From contig CAVVOB010000014.1 of the NCBI GenBank assembly GCA_963749655.1, forward strand, positions 167,452-231,451: DNA of 64,000 nt, written 5' to 3'. This stretch comes from Nitrospirota bacterium. Lineage in GTDB: Bacteria; Nitrospirota; UBA9217. The notes beneath the pieces are model-generated. The model was given only the letters and a program-made list of their open reading frames with translations. It was not told the DNA's origin and ran no database searches. Every line of letters starts with the position of its first letter. The stretch's first letter is position 1. Below, one piece after another: positions 41,707-49,571 of the stretch. The position numbers and the translations under genes were made by a program.

Positions 41707-41858
41707 GTGGAGCACCCTCCGGCATCCCGACTTGTCGGGACTAAAATTGACGCGACCTCCCGGAACTGCGAACTCGCGCGTGACACGTTCGTGTCACGCG
41801 CGAGTGAGCGCTTTCCACCCCCGGCAGGAAGCCGGGGGATGCCAAGGCGCGGGATTGC
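41707..41858. repeat. Structured dispersed repeat, copy 3
   Basis: gtggagc...ggcgcgggattgc. Confidence 0.92.
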
Positions 41859-41875
41859 GGCTGCCCTGTCATAGA

Positions 41876-42493
41876 TCAGATCGGCAGTCTGATTTTATAC
41901 CTCATCGCGAACATCCGCAAGATGAATGTTGCGGCAATACAGGCCGTCACGGCGGATATGTCGCTGCCGCCGGTGTAGACGACGCCGAGATAGACCCAGG
42001 CGCCGAGAAAGGCGCAGGTTGCGTAGAGCTCCGTCCGCTGGAAAACGTAGGGGATCTCGTTGCAGACCACGTCCCGCATCACGCCGCCGAAAACGCCGGT
42101 AATGACCCCGAGGAGCGAGGAGATAAAAAGGGAGCAGCCGAGCTGATCAGCGACCGATGCGCCGGAGGCGCTGAAAGACCCGAGACCCAGGGCGTCGAGG
42201 GCCAGGACCACGTTCACCATGCCCTTTCCCTCGAAAAACTCCTGTGCCAGGAGGCTGGAAACGATCGCCAGAGCAAGCAGCAGGACGGCATATTCATAAT
42301 GCTGTATCCAGAAAAGCGGGTGGCGGTTCAGGATGATGTCACGCAGCGACCCGCCGCCCAGGGCAGTGACCATACCGAGGGAGTAGACGCCGATGAGGTC
42401 CATTCCCTTCTTTCTCGCGGAATAGTACCCCGTCAGCGCAAAAGCGATGATGCCGAGGACCTCGATGGCCTTTATGAGCGTGGTCATGTGCAT
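41876..42493 (-). CDS. Trimeric intracellular cation channel family (UPF0126/YadS-like) protein
   Basis: AFALTG, TALGGGSLRD, LDALGL, TGVFGGVMRD, ELYA. Confidence 0.9.
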   Translation of the reverse strand: MHMTTLIKAIEVLGIIAFALTGYYSARKKGMDLIGVYSLGMVTALGGGSLRDIILNRHPLFWIQHYEYAVLLLALAIVSSLLAQEFFEGKGMVNVVLALDALGLGSFSASGASVADQLGCSLFISSLLGVITGVFGGVMRDVVCNEIPYVFQRTELYATCAFLGAWVYLGVVYTGGSDISAVTACIAATFILRMFAMRYKIRLPI

Positions 42494-42714
42494 AGAATCT
42501 TTCTAATTATAGCAGTGCAGTTTGATAAACGATAGTGCAAATGGAAGATAAATATAATCCCCTATTCTCCATCGCCTGCCCGCGACAAACCCGTACGACT
42601 ACGTTGACATCGTTTTGAATCAGGCATATATTCGTCTTGTAAACAGGCGGGGCACCAATCATCGCCAAGCCGAATAACCCGAATAACATCGAAACGCACG
42701 AAAGGAAGGACAAG

Positions 42715-45408
42715 ATGCATAGAAAACTGCTACGGAACCGGGTCCTCATTATTGCTGCTGTTGCGGCGTTCGTCCTCCTTGCCGGCGCAAGAGAGTTCAT
42801 CTCCTTTGCAAAGGATTGGCAGTTTTTCCGCGAAACCGGCTTCATCGAGGTCTTTACCAGGACCTACATCGCAAAACTGCTGACCGGGCTCGCGTTCGGC
42901 GTCACTGCGTTCCTCGCTGTCTTCATCAACCTTTTCGTTGCCGGAAAGCGAAAGTTCCCGTTCAGCGGTTTGAATGTCCTCTGGGAAAGCATGCCGCAGC
43001 TGCCGCGCATCGATATCAGCCGGCTGACGAACGTGATATCGCTTTTGGTATCCGTCGCCGCCTTCCTGTTCGCCTTCCCCATCGGCTCGCAGTATTGGGA
43101 AAAGTCGCTTCTCTTTCTGAACAGCGCGCCTGCGGGCCTTGCCGATCCCCTTTTCGGCAAGGACGTCTCGTTCTATCTGTTTCAATATCCTTTCATCGAC
43201 GCGATGAACACCATGCTGCGCGTCCTGATCGTAATAGCCGCAGTCCTGACAGCGATAATCTATTTTGTCCGGGGCGGCGCCGTGCTCATGGACAGGTTCT
43301 TCTCCGTGGATCCTTTTGTAAAGCGCCACCTCGGCGTCCTGGTCTCGCTCTTTCTTCTCAGCCTTTCGTTCAGCTTCGTTCTCGACCGCTACGGACTGTT
43401 GACGGCGGAACACGGCGTCCTCTACGGCGCCTCGTACGCCGATGTGCACGCCCGGTTGTCGATGCTCCTGGTCATGGCCGTGCTCTCCGCTCTTGCCGCG
43501 TTCGTGGTGCCGGTCTTTGCTGCGCGCGGTTCCCTGCTCATACCGCTCGGTGCGCTCGGCGTTCTGCTGGGTGCGTCCATCCTGGGGCTGCAGGTCTATC
43601 CCTCGACCCTGCAGAGTTTTAAAGTATCGCCGAACGAGATCGTGCTGGAACGGCCCTACATCGCGGAGCATATCAGGTTCACCCGGTACGGCTACGGCCT
43701 GGAGAACATGGAACTGCAGCCCTTTGCCGCGAACAAACAGCTGACCATCGCCGACATCCGGAAAAACCTGGCGACCCTCCAGAACATCCGGCTCTGGGAC
43801 GAAGCGCCGCTCCTCAAGACGTACAGCCAGCTGCAGCAGATCCGGACCTACTACCACTTCAGCGGCGTGGACAATGACCGCTATACCATAGACGACAACT
43901 ACCGCCAGATCATGCTGTCTCCCCGGGAGCTGTCCTACGCCGACCTGCCGGAGAAGTCGTGGATCAACGAACGGCTTGTCTTCACCCACGGCTTCGGCCT
44001 GGCCATGGGCCCCGTGAGCGGCATCACCAAGGAGGGGCTTCCGGAATTCTATATCAAGGACATCCCGCCCGTATCGACCGTGGGGCCGAAGGTAACAAGG
44101 CCCGAGATCTACTACGGCGAAAGCCCGAACGACTACGTCATCGTGAACACAAAAACAAAGGAGTTCAGCTATCCCACGACGGAAGGAAACGTCTACAGCG
44201 TCTATTCGGGAAAAGGCGGCGTCCGGCTTTCGTCGCTCCCGATGCGGCTCCTGTATGCCGCGGCCTTCGGGAACTTCAATATCGTCCTGTCGAGCGACGT
44301 GACCAATGAAAGCCGGATCCTGTATAACCGGAAGATTTCCGAACGGGTGGAGGCGCTTGCGCCGTTCTTGTCCTACGATCCCGATCCCTACCTGGTCATC
44401 GCAGACGACGGCAAATTGTTCTGGATCATCGACGCTTACACAGAGAGCGGCAACCTCCCCTATTCAAAACCGATTATTAGAGGGACCAACTATATCCGCA
44501 ACGCGGTCAAGGTAGTCATGGACGCCTACGACGGCACGGTCTCGTTTTTTGTTGTGGACCAAAAGGACATCCTGACAAAGACCTATGCCGCAATATTCCC
44601 GACGCTGTTCAAACCGATCAGCGAAATGCCCGCGGACCTCCGGAGGCACATCCGGTACCCCCGGGCGCTCCTCAAGATCCAGGCGCGGATGTTCACGACC
44701 TTCCATATGACGGACCCCTCGGTTTTCTACAACAAGGAGGACCTCTGGGAGGTGCCGACCTACCGCGAAAAGACCATCGATCCCTATTACCTCATCACGA
44801 AGCTGCCGGGGTCGAACGACGAAGAATACATCCTGCTCCTGCCCTTCACGCCGTCGAAGCGGGACAACCTGGCCGCCTGGATGGCCGCGCGAAGCGACGG
44901 CGAGAACTACGGCAAGGTCACGGTCTACACCTTTCCGCGGGACCGGCTCGTCTTCGGGCCGCGCCAGATCGACGCCCGCATCGACCAGGACTCCTACATC
45001 TCGCAGCAGCTCACGCTCTGGGGCCAGCACGGCTCCGATGTGATCCGCGGGAGCCTCCTCATCATCCCCATCGAGGACTCGCTCATCTACGTGCAGCCGC
45101 TCTTTCTGGTGGCCACGGACAAGGGCGGCCTGCCGGAACTGCGGAGGGTCATCGTTGCCTACGGGAACAACGTGGTCATGGAAGAGACACTCGATGCCTC
45201 GATCCAGCGCCTGTTCACCGGCTCGCTGCCGAGCATGCGCATGACGGAAAGCGGCGAGGCAGCGGGCAAACGGCAGCCGAGGGACCTGGGCGCCCAGGCG
45301 CTGGAGCAGCTGCGCAAGGCAAAGGAAGCGCTCAGGAAAGAGGACTGGGCCGGCTACGGGAAATACCAGAAAGAGCTGGAAGACACGCTGCGGGAATTGG
45401 CGAAGTAG
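42715..45408 (+). CDS. UPF0182 family membrane protein
   Basis: DPLFGKDVSFYLF, GASYADVH, NIRLWD, LVFTHG, PEIYYGE, NYIRNAVK, GPRQI, LPELRRV. Confidence 0.92.
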   Translation: MHRKLLRNRVLIIAAVAAFVLLAGAREFISFAKDWQFFRETGFIEVFTRTYIAKLLTGLAFGVTAFLAVFINLFVAGKRKFPFSGLNVLWESMPQLPRIDISRLTNVISLLVSVAAFLFAFPIGSQYWEKSLLFLNSAPAGLADPLFGKDVSFYLFQYPFIDAMNTMLRVLIVIAAVLTAIIYFVRGGAVLMDRFFSVDPFVKRHLGVLVSLFLLSLSFSFVLDRYGLLTAEHGVLYGASYADVHARLSMLLVMAVLSALAAFVVPVFAARGSLLIPLGALGVLLGASILGLQVYPSTLQSFKVSPNEIVLERPYIAEHIRFTRYGYGLENMELQPFAANKQLTIADIRKNLATLQNIRLWDEAPLLKTYSQLQQIRTYYHFSGVDNDRYTIDDNYRQIMLSPRELSYADLPEKSWINERLVFTHGFGLAMGPVSGITKEGLPEFYIKDIPPVSTVGPKVTRPEIYYGESPNDYVIVNTKTKEFSYPTTEGNVYSVYSGKGGVRLSSLPMRLLYAAAFGNFNIVLSSDVTNESRILYNRKISERVEALAPFLSYDPDPYLVIADDGKLFWIIDAYTESGNLPYSKPIIRGTNYIRNAVKVVMDAYDGTVSFFVVDQKDILTKTYAAIFPTLFKPISEMPADLRRHIRYPRALLKIQARMFTTFHMTDPSVFYNKEDLWEVPTYREKTIDPYYLITKLPGSNDEEYILLLPFTPSKRDNLAAWMAARSDGENYGKVTVYTFPRDRLVFGPRQIDARIDQDSYISQQLTLWGQHGSDVIRGSLLIIPIEDSLIYVQPLFLVATDKGGLPELRRVIVAYGNNVVMEETLDASIQRLFTGSLPSMRMTESGEAAGKRQPRDLGAQALEQLRKAKEALRKEDWAGYGKYQKELEDTLRELAK

Positions 45409-45536
45409 GTGAAAAGAACCGTGTCAGTCTGTCTGGCGAAGTGTCCATGATGCGTGAAGGCCGATTGATAATCGTGCAGGCGGCGATCTACGGAGGCTCT
45501 TTGCGAACCGCGTGGGGATACCATTCTGGTTGAAGG

Positions 45537-45567
45537 CGCCCACCGCCAGTTCAACTGGCGGTGGGCG
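45537..45567. other. Perfect 14-bp hairpin downstream of the UPF0182 gene
   Basis: cgcccaccgccagt-tca-actggcggtgggcg; no clear U tract. Confidence 0.5.
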
Positions 45568-45669
45568 AGTAATTCTTCCTGAAGTCTGCACTGAGTGGAA
45601 TCGAGAGTTTAATGCAGATTACATTTTCGTTATTGTCACTGCTGTCTATGCGCTGCATTCCTATTCCTG

Positions 45670-45712
45670 ACTCAAAACTGGAAACTAAAAACTCAAAACT
45701 CGGAACTCGAAA
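45670..45712. repeat. 7-mer tandem array (AAACTCA type), single arm
   Basis: actcaaa actggaa actaaaa actcaaa actcgga actcgaa. Confidence 0.75.
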
Positions 45713-46181
45713 CGGAAAGAATTCGTCTACCCCATAAATACCCCGTTGAAATTTTTGACATTCGTATTCATTTATTTTACTGTATGTTCAGAGGAAGGCA
45801 CTCTGAAATGGAAGGACTCATTGGGGAAAGCACGAACTGCTTCAACGTCCCGAAGTCCTCACTTGACAACCCAGTTGACGATAAAATATACTCGCGGCAG
45901 GAATTAGGGTATCAATCTTGCTAGGCTGGTAAAGAACGGAAATCCGTTCTTTACGACTTTGCCAGGGCTAGACAATTACTTTTCTGTAAAAAGGGGCAAG
46001 CTTTTTTGACAATAATTGACCTCCATGATCCCCGCTATAGATAAAAATTTGGATCACCCTTTTCTCCGTGGCCGATAGCCACACATCGTAACTATTTGAT
46101 CTCCCGCTCTCTATCCTGGGTAAAGAGCCCCGAAGGCTAAGTAATTGTGAGAGCAGCGGGGGAAAACTCTTTGATTGGGCG

Positions 46182-46238
46182 TTCCAACCGGGTCGAGTGC
46201 GACGGTAAAACCGTCGCGCCTCACCCCGGGGGTTAATC
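46182..46238 (+). other. attC-like site (degenerate)
   Basis: TTCCAAC ... gcgacggt-aaa-accgtcgc ... GTTAATC, 57-bp imperfect palindrome with unpaired bases. Confidence 0.5.
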
Positions 46239-46290
46239 CAATGATAAAAAAAACGCTTCACTTCACCTACCTACTGGTTGTGGAGGATAT

Positions 46291-47115
46291 ATGAAGACTA
46301 GAGAAATCTTTCATGGTTACTTCGGTATAGAGCTAAAAGGCAAATTTTCGTTGAGAACCATTAGAGGGGCATTGAGAGGAATGTTTTTAATCCGAATTCC
46401 AGGAAAAGTTCGGGACGCACGGTCCATACAGCGGTTTTTCACCATTACAGTGGTGACTCTTTTTCCTGCGCTGATTCTGTTCACTTCCTGCGGTAATAAC
46501 GGCGGAGATACAACAACGCAGCTTGCAGCTCCGACGGATCTCACCGGGGCGATAGTAGGAGGCCAAATCGATCTTACCTGGATGGATAACTCGGCGGATG
46601 AAACGGGATTCGAAATAGAAATGGGAACGTCGTTTTATAAATCAGGTCTTGCATACAACGAGATTGCAACCGTGGGTACGAACGTCACGAACTATTCTGT
46701 AATTTGGCACGGTGGCGAGTACGACAACCTCTATTTCCGTGTTCGGGCATACAACAGCAATGGTTATTCGGCTTACTCGAATGTGTTCTCGACTCCGCCG
46801 CCCTATACACCTGTACCTCCCGCTCCAACGAATCTCGCAGCTGTTGCAATTTCAAGCTCAGAAATTAGCCTCTCCTGGACTGTTGATTCACAGTTCGTGC
46901 AGGAGTTCATCATCGAATATAGCGTAGATCCGACATTTAACGGGGGGGTGCCAGGCGGCGGTACTGACTATCTTTATGATCGTAATGCCACGAGCTATAC
47001 CGTCGAAGGGCTGGCTGCATCGACAACATACTACTTCCGCATTATGGCGAGCAATTACAAGGGAGGGACTTACTCGAACACGGCCAGTGCTGCGACGCTC
47101 CCGGCCGGCCCATAA
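46291..47115 (+). CDS. Fibronectin type III domain lipoprotein (start uncertain)
   Basis: LFTSC lipobox; APTDL..LTWMDNS...FRVRAYN and APTNL..LSW...GLAASTTYYFRI; lower GC. Confidence 0.8.
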   Translation: MKTREIFHGYFGIELKGKFSLRTIRGALRGMFLIRIPGKVRDARSIQRFFTITVVTLFPALILFTSCGNNGGDTTTQLAAPTDLTGAIVGGQIDLTWMDNSADETGFEIEMGTSFYKSGLAYNEIATVGTNVTNYSVIWHGGEYDNLYFRVRAYNSNGYSAYSNVFSTPPPYTPVPPAPTNLAAVAISSSEISLSWTVDSQFVQEFIIEYSVDPTFNGGVPGGGTDYLYDRNATSYTVEGLAASTTYYFRIMASNYKGGTYSNTASAATLPAGP

Positions 47116-47238
47116 ACTTTTATCTTAGGAGAACATTAGGGACATAGTGTGCCCAAGGAGAAAGCTCGATTATCGCTGAGGGTATCAACGTTTCAGAATA
47201 AAAGGAATCATACTGCGTAACGCAAGTTTAAGGGAAGA

Positions 47239-47331
47239 TATGGGGCCAGGCTTAGGATATTAGGAATTGACTCATCGAGTGTGCTCTTTAAAAATCGACA
47301 CAAAACCTAATTTCCTAAGCCTGACCCAATA
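47239..47331. repeat. Inverted-repeat element at the intI breakpoint
   Basis: tatggggccaggcttaggatattagg ... cctaatttcctaagcctgacccaata. Confidence 0.7.
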
Positions 47332-47338
47332 GGTCCCC

Positions 47339-47544
47339 CTGCTCCGCGGTTTGATTTTTCGATCGAAGCTTTTCAGCGAACAGCCTTACTTGATCCGCTT
47401 TGGCCTGGGGAGTGGATATTTATCGCGGAAGTCTAGAAAATACCGCAACCACTTCCGATACTCGGCTTGAGAGAAAGCAGACAACCACCGTTGTGTCAGC
47501 ATAGTGTCGAATTCTGCCAGAATATCCTTGGGTATAGGCTGCAT
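47339..47544 (-). pseudogene. intI: Integron integrase 5' fragment (long-form N-terminal extension)
   Basis: MQPIPKDILAEFDTML...EYRKWLRYFLDFRDKY then, frameshifted, DQVRLFAEKLRSKNQTAEQ; resembles N-termini of deltaproteobacterial-type IntI (recalled, not searched); AGGAG RBS; divergent from a gene + attC unit. Confidence 0.65.
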
Positions 47545-47593
47545 GGGCTGGCTCCTGAGTAGATTACCGTCTTGAGATATCCATGTGATTGAC

Positions 47594-47622
47594 ATTATAG
47601 TGAACACATGTTCACCTGTCAA
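47594..47622 (-). promoter_or_regulatory. PintI-like sigma70 promoter with palindromic LexA-like operator in the spacer
   Basis: Minus strand TTGACA-ggtgaacatgtgttcac-TATAAT; spacer contains GAAC-N4-GTTC. Confidence 0.82.
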
Positions 47623-47649
47623 GTGGCGAATAGTTTTTCCGCGCTTATA

Positions 47650-47678
47650 TTGACAGCCCATTAATTGAGTCATAAAAT
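47650..47678 (+). promoter_or_regulatory. Pc-like cassette promoter
   Basis: TTGACA-17 bp-TAAAAT facing the cassette. Confidence 0.7.
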
Positions 47679-47930
47679 ACGCCAAGTTCAACAAGCTGTA
47701 TTAATTTCGTCCCTCCAATACCGAGATACCGTATTTGGATGGACGGATTCTGGAGTTGAAAAAACGCGCGGGGTTTTGCAAAAACGTTAAGATTTCGCCC
47801 TGCCATTTCCGAATTTTCGTAAATGGCAGGGCGGATTTCGTCCCATCAAACACTGGTTCCCTCGGTCGCTTCGCGCCCGACCGAGGGAATGCGGCGGTCA
47901 GGAGCGCAATTAGTCCTTGAAACAACTCAA

Positions 47931-48887
47931 ATGAGAATAATTCCGAGCATGACATCTCTTGTCCTTCTTCTCCTGCCAAATTTGGCGAAGGCATCTTATG
48001 GTGAGCCCTTACCTTCTGTTGAGGCAAACTTCCTGGTCAGCCCTATTGTTATAAATCTCGCAATTGATTTCTATGTGCTGGCCTTTGGGCTCTGTGCGGC
48101 TATCACATTTACAGCTCGGAAGAACCTTGTCACATTCGGCAGGAGTGTCACCTTAACAGCAATTGTTTTGCACGCATCAGGTTATTTGCTTCGATGGAAA
48201 GAACTATACAATCACGGCTGGGGTCGATTTCCGCTTTCAAGTCTGTACGAAGCGTTTATTATATACTGCTTGATGCTCGCTGCAACTTCTCTGTTTCTTC
48301 AAATGCGAACTCAGCGAGAACTTATCGCTCTTTTTTTCCATCCGATTGTAATAGGGATACTTATTTTTGCAGGCGCAACTCAGTCTGCTGGAATCACAGC
48401 TCTTTATGATCCAAGATATTTCTATAAAGCTGAATTACTTGAATCAATAAAATTCACACAGCGTCTGGAGGTTCTAGAAATCCTACTTCTCGCGGCTGGT
48501 TATTGCTTGTTGACGTCAGCAGGGGTCGTTTCTTTAATCTTACTCATATCAAGGATTTCTGCCCGTAAATCAACAACCCATCCCCTCTTCCCTTCGAATC
48601 GTACTTTATATGACTGGAACAAGACGTCGCTTGTTGTTGGTACGGTTCTATTTGCTCTTGGGTTTATCGTTGGACGATATTGGGAAAATTCTGCGTGGGG
48701 CGGATATTGGTTTTGGGAACCGTGCGAAATGTCAGGTGCTATTACTCTAATCACTTATGCGGTCTTCGGTTTGAGGAATAGACAACAAGGCTGGGATACT
48801 AGTAAAGCCACAAATAGATCTATAATTGGTCTTTGCATATTGGCTGCAACTTACTATATTGCCAATCATCTCTTTCGAGGAATTTAG
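47931..48887 (+). CDS. Divergent CcsA/CcsB-like cytochrome c assembly membrane protein (gene cassette)
   Basis: LRW...PLSSLYE and Trp-rich WENSAWGGYWFWEPCE; AT-rich; attC 13 bp after the stop. Confidence 0.75.
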   Translation: MRIIPSMTSLVLLLLPNLAKASYGEPLPSVEANFLVSPIVINLAIDFYVLAFGLCAAITFTARKNLVTFGRSVTLTAIVLHASGYLLRWKELYNHGWGRFPLSSLYEAFIIYCLMLAATSLFLQMRTQRELIALFFHPIVIGILIFAGATQSAGITALYDPRYFYKAELLESIKFTQRLEVLEILLLAAGYCLLTSAGVVSLILLISRISARKSTTHPLFPSNRTLYDWNKTSLVVGTVLFALGFIVGRYWENSAWGGYWFWEPCEMSGAITLITYAVFGLRNRQQGWDTSKATNRSIIGLCILAATYYIANHLFRGI

Positions 48888-48900
48888 CGAAAGTGGGCAG

Positions 48901-48959
48901 GACCAACCTGCGGCTCGACAGCGTCGCGCCAGAAGCGACGCGTCAGCCGCTTGTTGAGC
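48901..48959 (+). other. attC recombination site
   Basis: GACCAAC-ct-gcggct(c)gac-(a)gcgtcgc...gcgacgc-gtcagccgc-tt-GTT with two extrahelical bases. Confidence 0.78.
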
Positions 48960-49172
48960 CTGTAGGAAAAGTCCTGAAAAGGCCTTTTTTGCACTTCCAA
49001 GACAGCGACGAATTTTTGCTGATGCTAATAGGAATGGCGATGGCGACGATTCTGAGCCCTAATGACAGGCTCATTCTCACTCGGCCATCATCGAACGACA
49101 TTGCGGCAGTTTAATCGCGATATGCGAAGACTGGCGCGTTGGGGTTCAAAAAGGGACTTATTCTACAGACTC
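48956..49172. mobile_element. 217-bp MITE, copy 1
   Basis: TIRs gagcctgtaggaaaagt / acttattctacagactc, flanked by GTT on both sides. Confidence 0.85.
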
Positions 49173-49175
49173 GTT

Positions 49176-49392
49176 GAGGCTGTAGAATAAGTCCCCAAAA
49201 GGCCTTTTTTGCACTACCGCGACAGCGACGATATTTTGCTGATGTTAATAGGAATAGCGGTGGTGACGATTCTGAGCACGAATGGCGCGCCTTATCTCAC
49301 CTGGCCATCATTAAACGATACTGCAAGAGTTTAATCGCGTTAAACGAAGCCTGGTGCGTCGGTGTTTTAAAAGGTACTTATTCTACAGACTC
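49176..49392. mobile_element. 217-bp MITE, copy 2
   Basis: TIRs gaggctgtagaataagt / acttattctacagactc (16/17 match), flanked by GTT; colinear with but diverged from copy 1. Confidence 0.85.
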
Positions 49393-49571
49393 GTTATTTG
49401 TAGAAGTACCGAGCTAAATCTAGACCCAACGAGTTGCTCTTTTGGAGCTACTGCGTTACCATCGATGATCACTGGAAATTTTACTCTTGTTGCAACGGCC
49501 ACTCGAACCTTGCAGCGAAAAATCGGGCAGCCACTTCCCGGTCCAGAATTATCCCCTATGGAGTGTTCACC

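Noticed and set aside
30570-41858. Three-copy repeat as tRNA, SRP RNA or CRISPR repeat
   Set aside because: No cloverleaf, T-loop or SRP loop motif; copies are kilobases apart
45787-45970. c-di-GMP-I or cobalamin riboswitch
   Set aside because: The conserved cores of those families are not recognisable; kept only as an unassigned structured region
47700-47920. Precise attI site
   Set aside because: Several hairpins, atttcgtccc repeats and GTT candidates are present, but none can be singled out from sequence alone
48956-49392. CRISPR array or integron cassettes
   Set aside because: The units are homologous over their whole length and have TIRs; no unique spacers, no attC fold and no cas genes
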